A DNA stretch of 64,000 bases from an uncultured Planctomycetaceae bacterium (GCA_963813715.1 CAWFAK010000005.1:640001-704000); one strand, 5' to 3'. Numbered from the stretch's first letter, positions 41,913-53,953 are shown. A program made the numbers and translations. The notes: generated by a model from the sequence alone, not told the origin.

Positions 41913-42021
41913 AAAAACAGCCGCATCACCCGGTTTTGGTGATGCGTCCCGTGATTCTAGCCGGTTGAGAATGTCGGTCAAGCGTCGAGATTTTCGGTCT
42001 GACCGGCCTCCCTTGGCCCGC

Positions 42022-42837
42022 TCAGACGCTTTCGGCGACCGCCCGCATCGCCTCGAGACCCTGCCGGGCGACGGTCCGCGGGTCCTGGGCCCACAGGTCT
42101 TCGCGAAACAGCTCCAGCGAAAGCCAGCGGTTGTAGCCGACCTGCTTGAGCAGTTGCAGCATGCGCCGCAGGTCCAGGTGGCCGCGGCCGGGCATCACCC
42201 GGTCCTTGTCATGCTGTTCGCCGCGCGGCGGACTCGTCGGCGTGTCGTTGAAGTGGCAGATGGCGATCCGCTCGGCCGGCAACTTCGTGAGCGACTCGAA
42301 CGATCCGCCGCCGCGGAAGATGTGGAACGGGTCGTGGACGATGGTGGCGTCGGGATGCTCGGATTTGGCGATGATTTCGGCCGCGTCCTCGATCGTGTTG
42401 ATGTCCTCGACAAAGCCGAGATATTCCATCGCCGGCTTCACGCCGATCTTGCGGCCGATCTCCAGCAGTTCGTGATAGTTGCGGGCTCCCTGGTCGTGAT
42501 CGGCTCGGCCGCCGGGCGGCCCTGCAATGACGTGAATCGCGCCGAGCTCGGCGGCCTGGTTCATCCGCCGCTTGCATTCCTCCAGCTCGCGGACGTGCTC
42601 GGGCCCAGTCGTCTCGAACCAGCCCTTGAGGTAAATGGTTGTGGGCACGGTCAATCCGTGATCGGCCAGCGCCCAACGCAGCTCGGCCAGCGTGCCCCCT
42701 TTCTGCAGATGAGCGTCGATATCGTCGTGCCAAAGCTCGATCGCCTTGTAGCCGGTTTCGCCGGCGATGCGGATTTTGTCCAGGATCGGCGTCGGCCGGA
42801 TCGTGCTCGAATTCAGGCAATAAATGAAGTCGGCCAT
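42022..42837 (-). CDS. Sugar phosphate isomerase/epimerase (xylose-isomerase-like TIM barrel)
   Basis: E, DPFH, HFND, R.MPG.G, SLELF metal ligands. Confidence 0.85.
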   Translation of the reverse strand: MADFIYCLNSSTIRPTPILDKIRIAGETGYKAIELWHDDIDAHLQKGGTLAELRWALADHGLTVPTTIYLKGWFETTGPEHVRELEECKRRMNQAAELGAIHVIAGPPGGRADHDQGARNYHELLEIGRKIGVKPAMEYLGFVEDINTIEDAAEIIAKSEHPDATIVHDPFHIFRGGGSFESLTKLPAERIAICHFNDTPTSPPRGEQHDKDRVMPGRGHLDLRRMLQLLKQVGYNRWLSLELFREDLWAQDPRTVARQGLEAMRAVAESV

Positions 42838-43100
42838 CGGTGCGTTCCTCGCAGAAATGATGTCGTTCCATACCCTACTCCAGCGGGCGGGTCGAGGGAA
42901 CGGCCGGGACCGGCCAGGCGATTCGAGATCCGAGGCTGGAATCTGCTGTCGCGGCCGTCATCGTGCTAGAATTCCCAGGGACCGTTAGAGGGCTGGTCGG
43001 CGGCATTTCTGGGTGGTTCACAACCGCCGGCCGCTGGACCGCTGGGCTGGGTTGTGGGTCATCCGCCGATTCCGTCGCGGATGCTGTGAGGAGATGTTGA

Positions 43101-44831
43101 ATGTCCGTTGCTGAAACCGAACTGCGTCGCAAGCAGATCGAACAAGCCGAAGAGCTGCTTTTTTCGGGGCCGCAGAAGGCGGGCTTTGCGAAGGACCTGT
43201 TCTTCGGCCGCTTCCGGTCGGAATCGATCTTTCCGTATCCGTCGCTCCCGCCCGAGCTCGAGAGCGCGACGCGGGAGGCAGTGAACGAGGTCCGCGCCTA
43301 CTGCCGCGATCACATCGACGCCCCGCGCATCGACCGGGAGTCGCGCATTCCCGACGAAGTCGTGCGCGGGCTCGGGCAGATCGGCGTGCTGGGGATGTGC
43401 GTGTCGCCGCAATATGGTGGCCGCGGATTCTCCCAGCAGCAGTATTGCCGCATCATGGAAGTGATCGGCGCACATTGCGGCGGGACGACGGTGTTCGTCA
43501 ACGCCCATCACTCAATCGGGGTGCGGGCGATCGAGCTGTTTGGAACGAAAGAGCAGAAGGAGCGTTGGCTGCCGCCCGCGTGCTCGGGCGAAACGCTGGC
43601 CGCCTTTGCGCTCACCGAGGCCGAGGCCGGTTCCGACGCGGCTAACGTCCGCACGACGGCGACTCCCACGCCCGACGGCCGTGGTTACACACTCAACGGC
43701 GGCAAGCGCTACATCACCAACGGCGCGATCGCCGGCATGCTGACGGTGATGGCTCGCACGCCCGATCCGAAAGACTCGGACGGGAAAGTGACGGCCTTTA
43801 TCGTGACGCCGGATATGGCCGGATTTGAAGTGCTCGAAGAGCGGATGGACAAGGTCGGCATCCGCGGCACCGCCACCGGACGTCTCGCATTCAACAACAT
43901 GTTCGTGCCCAAGGAAAACATCCTCGGGCAGCTCGGCAAGGGGTTGCGGCTGGCACTCACCGTGCTCGACTTCGGCCGCACGACATTCGGAGCCAGCTGC
44001 ACCGGTTCGGCCAAATTCTGCGTGCAGGAGGCGGTCCGCTACGCCAACGAACGCAAGCAATTCGGCCAGACCCTGGCGCAGTTCGAGCTGGTGCGCGAAA
44101 AGATCGCCCTGGCGGCCGCCGAGTGCTACGCGATGGAGAGCGCCACTTATCACACGGCCGCGCTCATCGACACGGGGGCCGAGGACTACATGCTCGAAAC
44201 GTCGATGATCAAGCTCTTCGCCAGCGATTCGCTCTGGCGGATCGTCAACGACACGCTGCAAATCCACGGCGGGGCCGGGTTCTTCACCGATCGGCCCTGG
44301 GAGCGGATGATGCGCAATGCGCGGCTCAACCTCATCGGCGAGGGAGCCAACGACGTGCTGCGGTGCTTCAACTGCATGGTCGGTCTGCGCAACGTCGGCA
44401 AAGACCTGCAGGATATCCTCAAAAAGCCCTGGCGGGCCGTGACCCTGTGGAAAACGGCGCCGGCGATTCCCGTGCGACACAGCATTCTGCAGTCGCCAGC
44501 CGGCACGCTCTCCAAGCAGATCGCCCGCTTCGCCCGTGCGTGCACGAGCGCGCTCATCAAGTATCGCGAAAGCATCATCGACCACGAGTTTGTCCAGGCC
44601 CGGATCGGCGACCTGGCGACGGAGCTGTTCCACATGAGCTGCGTCTACGCTCGGCTCACGGGGCTGCTCTCGAACGACAAGATCGACGACGCCACCCGGC
44701 AGCGCGAACTGCAAACGGGGCTGTGTTATCTGCGGATCGCCGGTCGCCGCAACGCCCAACGGTTCGCGGCCCTCAAGTCGAACGACGATGACGAGCTGAA
44801 CCGCACGGCCGGAGCGTGGCTGGGCAAGTGA
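43101..44831 (+). CDS. Acyl-CoA dehydrogenase (VLCAD/ACAD9-like long form)
   Basis: AFALTEAEAGSD, LNGGKRYITN, K.GIRG, RKQFG, QIHGGAG, IGEGAN; C-terminal extension. Confidence 0.92.
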   Translation: MSVAETELRRKQIEQAEELLFSGPQKAGFAKDLFFGRFRSESIFPYPSLPPELESATREAVNEVRAYCRDHIDAPRIDRESRIPDEVVRGLGQIGVLGMCVSPQYGGRGFSQQQYCRIMEVIGAHCGGTTVFVNAHHSIGVRAIELFGTKEQKERWLPPACSGETLAAFALTEAEAGSDAANVRTTATPTPDGRGYTLNGGKRYITNGAIAGMLTVMARTPDPKDSDGKVTAFIVTPDMAGFEVLEERMDKVGIRGTATGRLAFNNMFVPKENILGQLGKGLRLALTVLDFGRTTFGASCTGSAKFCVQEAVRYANERKQFGQTLAQFELVREKIALAAAECYAMESATYHTAALIDTGAEDYMLETSMIKLFASDSLWRIVNDTLQIHGGAGFFTDRPWERMMRNARLNLIGEGANDVLRCFNCMVGLRNVGKDLQDILKKPWRAVTLWKTAPAIPVRHSILQSPAGTLSKQIARFARACTSALIKYRESIIDHEFVQARIGDLATELFHMSCVYARLTGLLSNDKIDDATRQRELQTGLCYLRIAGRRNAQRFAALKSNDDDELNRTAGAWLGK

Positions 44832-44872
44832 CGCCGGGTGACGGCCGGTTTTCAAGCGCGCGGAATCTCGCC

Positions 44873-46153
44873 ATGACCACGCACGACACGGCGTTCCAAT
44901 TTGCGGCCGCCAATATTCGCTTTGGCTCCGGAATTACGGGCGAGGTTGGGGACGATTTAAACGATCTCGGCGCGCGGCGGACGATGGTGGTGATCGATCC
45001 GGCGGTCCGCGATTCGTCCACGGGTGAGACCGTGCTGGCGTCGCTCAAGGCCGCACGAGTCGATTTTGAGGTCTACGATCAGGTCGTCGTCGAGCCGACC
45101 GATGCCAGCTTTCAAGCGGCCACGGCCGCTGCCCGCGCGGGTAAGTTCGACTCGTTCGTGGCCGTGGGCGGCGGCAGCACGATCGACACGGCCAAGGCCG
45201 CCAACCTGTATTCGACCCACGCGGCGGCGTTTTTCGACTTCGTCAATGCGCCGATCGGCCGCGGGCTGCCGATCCCGAGCCCGCTCAAACCGCTCATCGC
45301 CATCCCCACGACGGCCGGCACCGGCAGCGAAACAACGGGCGTGGCGATTTTTGATTATGTCGAAAAGCATGCGAAGACGGGAATCGCCCATCGCTACTTG
45401 AAGCCGACCTTGGGCATCGTCGACTCGGATAACACGCGGCAACAGCCGGCCGCGGTTGCCGCGTCGGCGGGTCTCGACGTGCTGAGCCATGCGCTCGAGT
45501 CCTACACGGCCATTCCTTACACTTCGCGGCCGCGGCCGGCCCGCCCGCTCGAGCGGCCTGCTTATCAGGGCTGCAATCCGGTGAGTGACTTGTGGTCCCT
45601 GAGGGCTCTGGAGCTCGTCGACGAATTCTTGCAGCGCGCGGTCGACGACCCGTCAGATACCGAGGCCCGCAGCCACATGCTGTTGGCGTCGGCGATCGCG
45701 GGACTTGGTTTCGGCAACGCGGGTGTGCACTTGCCGCATGGGATGTCCTACCCGGTAGCGGGCATGGTGCGCTCGTTCCGCCCGGTCGGCTATCGGGTTG
45801 ACCATTCGCTGGTGCCGCACGGGATGTCGGTCATTCTGCACACGCCGGCCGTGGTGCGATTCACGGCCTCGGCCTGTCCCGAGCGTCATTTGCGAGCCGC
45901 GAAGGCCCTGGGGGCGGACGTCGACGACGTGCCGCTCGAGGATGCGGGCGTGGTGCTCGCCGATCGCGTGATTCAGTTCATGCAGGCGACCGAGATGCCC
46001 AATGGGCTCAAAGCGGTGGGTTACACCGAGGCGGACATTCCGGCCCTCGTCGAGGGGACGCTGCCGCAACACCGCGTCACCAAGCTCTCGCCGCGGCCTG
46101 CCGGGCCCGAAGAATTGACGCAGCTCTTCCGCCAATCGCTCACGATCTGGTGA
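44873..46153 (+). CDS. Hydroxyacid-oxoacid transhydrogenase (Fe-ADH family, ADHFE1-like)
   Basis: GGGSTID, PTTAGTGSETTG, KTGIAH, YQG.NP.SD, FGNAGVHLPHGMSYP, PHGMSV. Confidence 0.88.
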   Translation: MTTHDTAFQFAAANIRFGSGITGEVGDDLNDLGARRTMVVIDPAVRDSSTGETVLASLKAARVDFEVYDQVVVEPTDASFQAATAAARAGKFDSFVAVGGGSTIDTAKAANLYSTHAAAFFDFVNAPIGRGLPIPSPLKPLIAIPTTAGTGSETTGVAIFDYVEKHAKTGIAHRYLKPTLGIVDSDNTRQQPAAVAASAGLDVLSHALESYTAIPYTSRPRPARPLERPAYQGCNPVSDLWSLRALELVDEFLQRAVDDPSDTEARSHMLLASAIAGLGFGNAGVHLPHGMSYPVAGMVRSFRPVGYRVDHSLVPHGMSVILHTPAVVRFTASACPERHLRAAKALGADVDDVPLEDAGVVLADRVIQFMQATEMPNGLKAVGYTEADIPALVEGTLPQHRVTKLSPRPAGPEELTQLFRQSLTIW

Positions 46154-46381
46154 GCGTCGCGAGCCGTTTTGCTCGTTTCCGACGGATCCCCGGAAGTTTC
46201 GTCGATCTTCTCGCGCAATCAATCGGCAGATTCTGCCGATCGGGTCGGCGGACGCTAAAGCCGTCTTGCCCGTTTCGCGGCGCGAATTAGAATCCGGCTC
46301 GTCCCTTCTCTCCCACTCGAGCGTTCCCTTCCTTTACGTGCTTTCTGCCGCGCGACCAACGCGGTGGAAAGGAGTTTCGCG

Positions 46382-46702
46382 ATGAATCTGCCGCACCGAC
46401 TGGCACGCTCTCGTTTCCTCCTGGCTGGATGTACGGCCGCCCTGATCGTCACGCTCAGCGGTTGTGCCGACATGCTGCCGGATTCGGACACCTGGGAAAA
46501 GTGGTCGCCCTCCAACATCTGGTATCGCATGCAGCCCACTCAACTGGGCCGCTTGAATGAGGGAAACGGCATCGCCTCCGATGTCTACTATTCCGTGTCC
46601 GATGACCGCGACCACGATCGGGCGACGGCGCTGAATCCAGGGACCGATCATGCGACGACGGTCGTCCAGCCGATCGAGAACGCGGCTCCGACAACGCCCT
46701 GA
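46382..46702 (+). CDS. Small hypothetical lipoprotein
   Basis: AAGGAG RBS; lipobox LSGC. Confidence 0.65.
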   Translation: MNLPHRLARSRFLLAGCTAALIVTLSGCADMLPDSDTWEKWSPSNIWYRMQPTQLGRLNEGNGIASDVYYSVSDDRDHDRATALNPGTDHATTVVQPIENAAPTTP

Positions 46703-46703
46703 G

Positions 46704-47647
<944 letters not shown>

Positions 47648-47651
<4 letters not shown>

Positions 47652-48970
47652 GACGAGCGTCCCTCATCATCGCGCAGCGGACGGCCGGGCGATGGTGGAT
47701 CTGGCGGCGAAGTCCCGGGTGGTGGACCGGCAGGAAACAGTCCGGGGTGGGCCGGCACCGCGCCCGCAGCGGGATAGCCCGGTGGCGGTCCGCCCCAACC
47801 ACTAGCGGGCGGGCGCCCATCCGACGGTGCAGGCGGCCGGAAATCGTCCGCGGTGCCAGGAGGGACGCCCCGCCAGCCTTCGCCGCCGCGTTGACCGGGC
47901 ACGTTGCCGGGCGCTCCGAACGTCGTGGCCAGCCGTCGAGCCAGCTCGCGATGCAGCATCTCGGGGGTTGCCCGCTGGTGCTCGGGAACGAGCACGCCGC
48001 ACGACAGGAAGTATTGAAACGCCTGGTCGAGCGTCATGTTCAAATCGATGATTGCGCTCTTGGGAACGGTGACCACCCAGCCCGTCATGGGCATGGGGGC
48101 GGCCGGGATCATGATGCTGACCATCGGCTCGCCGGCGGCCAGCGTCATCTCCATCAAGCTTTCACCCATCGCGAAGCCGATGGTCCAGATGCCGCGACGG
48201 GGAAACTCGACCGCCACCACCCGATTGTACGCGACGGCCCGCTCGGAAAAGAAAAAGTCGGTCACCTGCTTCACCGACGAATAGATGCTGCTGATGATCG
48301 GCAACCGCGCGAGCACCAGCAGCTCGAAACGGCTCAGGAGCCACTGTCCCATGCGGGCCGTGACGAATCGTCCAAGAAAATAGAGACCGATAATGGTCAG
48401 CGCCGTCGCCAGCGCGCTGAGCGAGCCCAGGCTCTTGAAATACCGAAAGGTCACCAGCTCCATGTAGAGGCCGGTGGCGGTGGCGGGCCAATCGACGGGC
48501 CGCATCCGCGACGCCACTTGCACAAAGTCGGCATACGGGACGGCCCGTTCGCCGAACGGAACATACGCTTCGGCGGCGAGCCTGGTCTGCAAGTCGGCCG
48601 TGTTGCGCCGCCGCCCGTTGACCTCTAGCTCGTTCAAGTACTGCTGGGCCAACGCGGGGGGCAAGCGGTAATCGCTGCCGCAGAATTCGAGCGGCGGCAA
48701 GCCGGGGGCCGATTCAAACTCGGAGGTCGGCCGCGACTTATCGATGATTTCGGCAATGACGAAGCGAACGCTCGTCGTCACCGGGCTGACGACGTACCCG
48801 TAGATCATCTGGCCGATCCAAACCAGGATCACGAGAGTCAGGATCGGGGGGAGGACGATCGCCAGCCCTTTGAGGAAGAACTGGGTCGGCGTTGCTTTTT
48901 TGGGTGGGGGGGCCGGCTTTTCGACAGGTTCCCCTGAGCCGAGCGGATCCGCGGGTGCAGGGGTTTCCAT
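47648..48970 (-). CDS. DUF502 domain membrane protein
   Basis: FFLKGLAIVLP..LT, LPIISSIYSSVKQV, VEFPR.G.W..GF, P.TG. Confidence 0.85.
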
Positions 48971-48974
48971 GTGA

Positions 48975-49862
48975 TCAGCGACTTGTGCCAGCGCGTCCGG
49001 CGAGCGGCTTGAGCCCGACGCAGCGGGCAATCACTGCCACTCGGACGGATGCGGCCCCCGCATCGAGCAAGGCTCGCGCGGCCTCATCCGCCGTCGCACC
49101 GGTGGTCAGCACGTCGTCAACCAAAAGGATGCGGCGTCCAGCGACTTGGGAGGCAAATCGCCCGGGAACGCGAAAGGCGGTTCGCAGATTCACGCGTCGC
49201 CGAGTTGATGGAAGACTCGACTGCTTCAGCGTCCGGCGAGACTTCGCGAGTATAGAAGTCGCCATCCGCACCCGCAAGCGGCGCGAAAGCACGCTCGCCA
49301 GCGTTTCCGGCGTTTTGGGCGGGCCCAAAAATGCTTCGCTCCAGTGGTGGGGAACCGGAACGATCGCCTCTGCCTGGGCGGCCAAGAGGTCCAGTCCCTC
49401 TTCGACAAACAGCGTTTCGGCGAGCGCCGCGGCAAGCTCCTCGCACCCCGGCCGCTTGGCGGCCAGGCACATCTCGCGGAGCCGCCCCTCGTAGACGCCC
49501 AGGCGAATCACCGACTCGAAATGAAAGCGGTCGCGCCGGCACAGCGAACAGTCGGGGCGGTTGCCGAGAAACGGCCCGACCGGTGCGGCGCAACGCCGAC
49601 AGCGCTCGCCCACGGGACCAATTGCCGCCTCGCGACACTCGCGACAGAGACGGGGCAACAAGTCGTACAGCCCCCGTAAGGGAAGCTCGCGGCGGCAGCC
49701 GGCGCAGCGGGACGGAGCAGCGACGGCAAAGGCCGCGGCCAGCAGCCCGTCGATCAGCCGCCGACCGCGGCCGAAGAAGTTCGCGCACGACGGATTGGCA
49801 CGCGGGTCGTGATTTTCCCCGGGAGGAACCGGCTCAGACGGGGCGCTGCGGACAATTCGCAT
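48975..49862 (-). CDS. ComF-family phosphoribosyltransferase-like protein (start uncertain)
   Basis: Double Zn-ribbon CxxC motifs, IVPVP.H, LLVDDVLTTGAT. Confidence 0.88.
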   Translation of the reverse strand: MRIVRSAPSEPVPPGENHDPRANPSCANFFGRGRRLIDGLLAAAFAVAAPSRCAGCRRELPLRGLYDLLPRLCRECREAAIGPVGERCRRCAAPVGPFLGNRPDCSLCRRDRFHFESVIRLGVYEGRLREMCLAAKRPGCEELAAALAETLFVEEGLDLLAAQAEAIVPVPHHWSEAFLGPPKTPETLASVLSRRLRVRMATSILAKSRRTLKQSSLPSTRRRVNLRTAFRVPGRFASQVAGRRILLVDDVLTTGATADEAARALLDAGAASVRVAVIARCVGLKPLAGRAGTSR

Positions 49863-50067
49863 GCGATTGGACTCGCCCGATTATGTCGTTTATGCGGAAG
49901 TTTCCTGTTATACGGGGGGGCAAAACGCCGATCTAGGATCACGGTGTCCGGAAAGCCGGCCGGTTCGGCCGTTTTCGGCATGACCAAACATTTCACGGCG
50001 GTTCGCGTCGCGCAATGCCAGGACGTCGAACTTTCGACAGGTCGAAACTGGAAAAGGAGACGAATCC

Positions 50068-50370
50068 ATGCGGATTCGCGTGGCGCTTGGTTCGCTGATC
50101 GTCGGTCTGATGCTGGTCATCGTCGCGGGTGTGTCGCCCAAGCAGGCGACCGCCGCCAACGAAGGACAGCCGAGCGACTGGCAGCGGTTCTACTACTACC
50201 CCTACGTCTACTATCCGTCGAACTTCCAGAAGCCGATTCAGTACGACCATATGTACTACCGCTATCCGCCGGCCCGCCAGATTCCCGTGTACAACACGGC
50301 CTGGCATAACTTTTATCCCGAGCCGCATCCGTGGCACGCCGGGCACGCGTTCATCCTGGACGTGTTCTAA
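50068..50370 (+). CDS. Small secreted Tyr/Pro/His-rich protein
   Basis: AAGGAG RBS, signal peptide, own terminator. Confidence 0.75.
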   Translation: MRIRVALGSLIVGLMLVIVAGVSPKQATAANEGQPSDWQRFYYYPYVYYPSNFQKPIQYDHMYYRYPPARQIPVYNTAWHNFYPEPHPWHAGHAFILDVF

Positions 50371-50410
50371 GGCGAAGCCCGGCGCGGGAAATCTCAAACA
50401 TCGATCACAG

Positions 50411-50443
50411 GCCCACGGACGACCGTCCGTGGGCTTACTTTTT
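50411..50443 (+). terminator. Intrinsic terminator
   Basis: GCCCACGGAC-GACC-GTCCGTGGGC then TTACTTTTT. Confidence 0.8.
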
Positions 50444-50460
50444 GAGGCGACGTCCGCCGG

Positions 50461-51051
50461 TCAGCCTTCGATGATCAACTTTTGAATCTGCTTGAACTCG
50501 GGCGTTCCGGCCTTTTCGCACCACTCGAACAGAACCGACTCAACAGTGGTCAGGGTCGCGCCCGAGGCGGCCATCCGCTCCAAGGCGACTTTCGCATCGA
50601 GTTCGCCGCGACTGCCGACCGCATCGACCGGGACGTAAACGCGAAAGCCCCCGGCGATCAGGTCCAGCACGGTCTGCATCACGCAGACGTGCGTCTCCAT
50701 GCCGGCGACCACCACCTGCTCGCGCTCGTCGGTCACGTCGGCCGCCTGCCCCCAACCGAGCACCGCGGCACAGCTGAAAATCACCTTCTCGACGCGGGGG
50801 CCCATCCGCGTGGCCAACTCGGCCGTGGTTGGTCCCAAACCTTGCGGATACTGCTCAGTGCCATAAACGGGGACGGAGACGATCTTCGCCCCGTCGATCA
50901 GCCGCCGGCAGTTGTGCACCAGTCGCGGGCCGTTGGCAATCGGCGGCAGCAGCTTGTCCTGCACGTCCACGATCAGAAGTCGGCTGTTGGTCGCCGACAG
51001 CAAATCGGGATTGCGGACGTAATCGGCTGAGTTCTCGCGGGGTGCGGTCAT
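50461..51051 (-). CDS. Isochorismatase-family hydrolase (YcaC/ISOC-like)
   Basis: IVDVQ, TEQYP.GLG.T, K..FSC, GMETHVCV.QT. Confidence 0.9.
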   Translation of the reverse strand: MTAPRENSADYVRNPDLLSATNSRLLIVDVQDKLLPPIANGPRLVHNCRRLIDGAKIVSVPVYGTEQYPQGLGPTTAELATRMGPRVEKVIFSCAAVLGWGQAADVTDEREQVVVAGMETHVCVMQTVLDLIAGGFRVYVPVDAVGSRGELDAKVALERMAASGATLTTVESVLFEWCEKAGTPEFKQIQKLIIEG

Positions 51052-51437
51052 CGTGACGGTCCGCGGATCCAGATCGCTGCGTTCGTGACAAATCTCACCA
51101 ACCCAAAACTCACCGAACGATTATTGCGGCGAGTTCGCCCGGTTGCCAGCCGCACGGCTCCAGCGGTGCGTCGGAACTCCGTTGCGCAGTGGCGGATTGG
51201 GCAGTCATCGACTATCTTATTCGGGCGCGGTCATTTCGCGTTGGTTGACAGTTTTCGCAATGGAGTTGCGAGCGAAGTCGAATCGTTCTGAGGAGCTTCG
51301 CCGCCGCGGATTCCCGCGAATCCTTTCGCGTCCTAAACCGTTGGAAGCGTCCGGAGCGACGCCGGTTTTCTGCCGCGTGTGACCGAAAATTGTTGCAGCC
51401 GGCCGTCATGGCCAGCGGCAGCAAGAATGAGCTTGTG

Positions 51438-53174
51438 ATGAGCGACGAAAACAAACCCTCGCAGGCCGAAGCGGTCGGCGAACCCCTGAACGCGACACAC
51501 AATCAACTGGCTGCCGCGGTCGAACCGGCCGAGGGCGTGAGCGACGCGTCGACAACCGAGGTGGCCGTCGACGTGGAGAACTCGCCGCTCGGCGCTTACC
51601 GGCGCGATCGCGTTCGCGCCCGGATGGCCGAGCGCTCGGGTGAAGAACCGCGTGCATCCGGCGACTCCAATGAACCGCGCGATTCGTCGCCGGTCGGGGG
51701 CGAATCGGACGCGGGCGATCCCCGAGCGCCGAGGCACTCGCCCGTCGAGGAGCCCGCGCAAGCGGAGCCCACGGCTCAGCCGGTTACCGAATACGCCAGC
51801 GCCGAACATACCGGTGAGCAGCAGTCGAGTGCGGACGAAGAGGCCGCCGCGCAGCCGTCCAAGAAAACCGAGTCGCCGGCACCGACGCGGGCGGTCGGCA
51901 CCATCGAAGTTCCACCGGCAAACCAGCAGCTCGACGCGGCCCTCGCGGCCGAAATCGACGCGGCGATGGCCAGCAGCGATTTGAGCGAAAGTACGCCGGT
52001 CGCGTCGTCGGCCGTCGAGACCGAGGAAGAGCACGGCGAGAAGCCGCCCGAAGAGACGCTGGAAAAGGGCCAGCATCTCGCGGGCCGCATCCAATCGATT
52101 CACGGCGACGGCGTGCTGCTCGACCTGGGCTATCGCTCGGCCGGGCTCGTGCCGTTGCGGCAGTTCGTGTCCGGTAAGAAGCCCGAAGTCGGGCAGCGCA
52201 TCGAAGTGCTGGTCGACCGCCTGGCGCCGGATGAGGGCCTGATTTATCTCAATTTGCCCAAAGGACTGCGACGGATCGCCGGGAACTGGGACCAGCTCTC
52301 GAAGGGGCAGATCGTCGAGTGCCTCGTCAACCGCACGAACAAGGGCGGTTTGGAAGTGACGGTGAGCGGCCTGCGGGCCTTCCTGCCGTCGAGCCAAGTC
52401 GAGCTGGGATTTGTTACCGACCTCGAACAATACGTCGGTCAAAAACTGCGGGCGGAAGTCGTCGAGGTTAATGCGAAGAAGCGGAACCTCGTCGTCAGCC
52501 GCCGGGCCTACCTGCAGATCGAACGCAAAGAGGCCGAAGGGGCCTTTTGGGAAACGGCCCAAGTCGGACAGACCTTCACGGGCAAGGTGAAAACGGTCAA
52601 GGACTACGGCGTCTTCGTCGACTTGGGATCGGTCGACGGCTTCCTGCATATCGGCGAGATGAGCTGGCACCGGTTGAAGCATCCGTCGGAGCTGGTGAAG
52701 GAAGGCCAGACGGTCGACGTCAAAGTCCTGTCGCTCGATCCCGAGAAGAAGAAAATCGGCCTCGGAATGAAGCAGCTCGTCCAGAATCCCTGGACGACCG
52801 CGGCCGACAAGTATGCCGCCAACTCGGCGGTGACGGGCAAGGTGACGCGGATCGCCGACTTCGGAGCGTTCGTCGAACTGGAGCCGGGGCTCGAAGGGCT
52901 GATCCACGTCAGCGAACTGGATCACAAACGAGTCCGCCACGCATCCGACGTCGTGAAGCCGAACCAGATCGTCACGGCTCAGGTGCTCGAAGTCGATCCG
53001 GAGCGAAAGCGAATCAGCCTGTCGCTCAAGGCGCTGCAGGCCAAACCGGAAGAACCCAAACCCGTCGAAGAGCCGGTCGAGGCCTATCAGCGAAAGCGCA
53101 AAGGTCCCCTCCGCGGCGGAACGGGAAGCACCGGACCGGGCGGACTCTTCGGCAATCCGTCGGACTTTCGCTGA
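51438..53174 (+). CDS. Ribosomal protein S1-like RNA-binding protein (four S1 domains, long acidic N-terminal extension)
   Basis: NKGGLEV..RAFLPSSQ, YGVFVDLG.VDGFLHI.EMSW, FGAFVELEPGLEGLIHVSEL. Confidence 0.88.
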   Translation: MSDENKPSQAEAVGEPLNATHNQLAAAVEPAEGVSDASTTEVAVDVENSPLGAYRRDRVRARMAERSGEEPRASGDSNEPRDSSPVGGESDAGDPRAPRHSPVEEPAQAEPTAQPVTEYASAEHTGEQQSSADEEAAAQPSKKTESPAPTRAVGTIEVPPANQQLDAALAAEIDAAMASSDLSESTPVASSAVETEEEHGEKPPEETLEKGQHLAGRIQSIHGDGVLLDLGYRSAGLVPLRQFVSGKKPEVGQRIEVLVDRLAPDEGLIYLNLPKGLRRIAGNWDQLSKGQIVECLVNRTNKGGLEVTVSGLRAFLPSSQVELGFVTDLEQYVGQKLRAEVVEVNAKKRNLVVSRRAYLQIERKEAEGAFWETAQVGQTFTGKVKTVKDYGVFVDLGSVDGFLHIGEMSWHRLKHPSELVKEGQTVDVKVLSLDPEKKKIGLGMKQLVQNPWTTAADKYAANSAVTGKVTRIADFGAFVELEPGLEGLIHVSELDHKRVRHASDVVKPNQIVTAQVLEVDPERKRISLSLKALQAKPEEPKPVEEPVEAYQRKRKGPLRGGTGSTGPGGLFGNPSDFR

Positions 53175-53209
53175 GCACTGGCGAATGGCTCGCGGCTGTG
53201 GACCGCGCC

Positions 53210-53953
53210 CTAAAGCAGCGTGTCCAGCAGCATCCGTAGCTTTCGCAGCTCGAGCGGTCGCTCACTGGCATTTTCGGTCGTGGGCAGGATGTCGACCGAG
53301 AGCGCCCGGGTGTATCCCTGCCGCTTGAGCTGGTTGATGAGCCGCGTGTAATCGAGCTCTCCCAGCCCCACCTGCACCTGCAAGCTCTGCGACGTCGAGT
53401 CGCGGAGATGCGTGTGGTAGACGTAGGGGAAGACCTGGTCGTACGAGCGGCCCGCGTTGTTGCCGACCATGTAGTAGCTCGGATCGAGCGTCAGTCCCAG
53501 ACCGCGGACCGCCTGGCACAGCTCGACGGCCGTGTGGGGATCGTCGGTGAGGTGCCCCGCTTCGGTCTTGATCGAAAGCCGAATGCCGTCCGCGCTCGTC
53601 AGCCGCACGAACTCGCGGAGCCGATCGACCTCTGTATTGAACGGCGTTCCCAGCGGTGAAGCGGGAATGGTGATCTGCGTGATCCGCAGCAGCTTCGCCG
53701 CTTTGGTGATGCCGGCGAGCGTGGCCGCGGGGACATCTTGGGCCAGGCAAAAGCCGACGGCGGTGAGGCGTGTCGTCTCGCGGTAGCGGGCGAAGAACTG
53801 GTCGGGATCCTTGGCGACTTCGGCCGGCTTCAGGTGGGGACCGTCGTCCGAGAGCCAAATCTCAAGCTTGTCGTACTCGAGTTCGACGAACAGCGAGCAC
53901 GACTCCTCGAAGGTGCGGTCGGCGAAACAATGGGTCGATGCTGAAACGAACAC
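53210..53953 (-). CDS. Xylose-isomerase-like TIM-barrel protein
   Basis: LTLDPSY, HTHLRD, VGLGELDY, LSVD; GTG start with GGAG upstream. Confidence 0.75.
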   Translation of the reverse strand: MFVSASTHCFADRTFEESCSLFVELEYDKLEIWLSDDGPHLKPAEVAKDPDQFFARYRETTRLTAVGFCLAQDVPAATLAGITKAAKLLRITQITIPASPLGTPFNTEVDRLREFVRLTSADGIRLSIKTEAGHLTDDPHTAVELCQAVRGLGLTLDPSYYMVGNNAGRSYDQVFPYVYHTHLRDSTSQSLQVQVGLGELDYTRLINQLKRQGYTRALSVDILPTTENASERPLELRKLRMLLDTLL

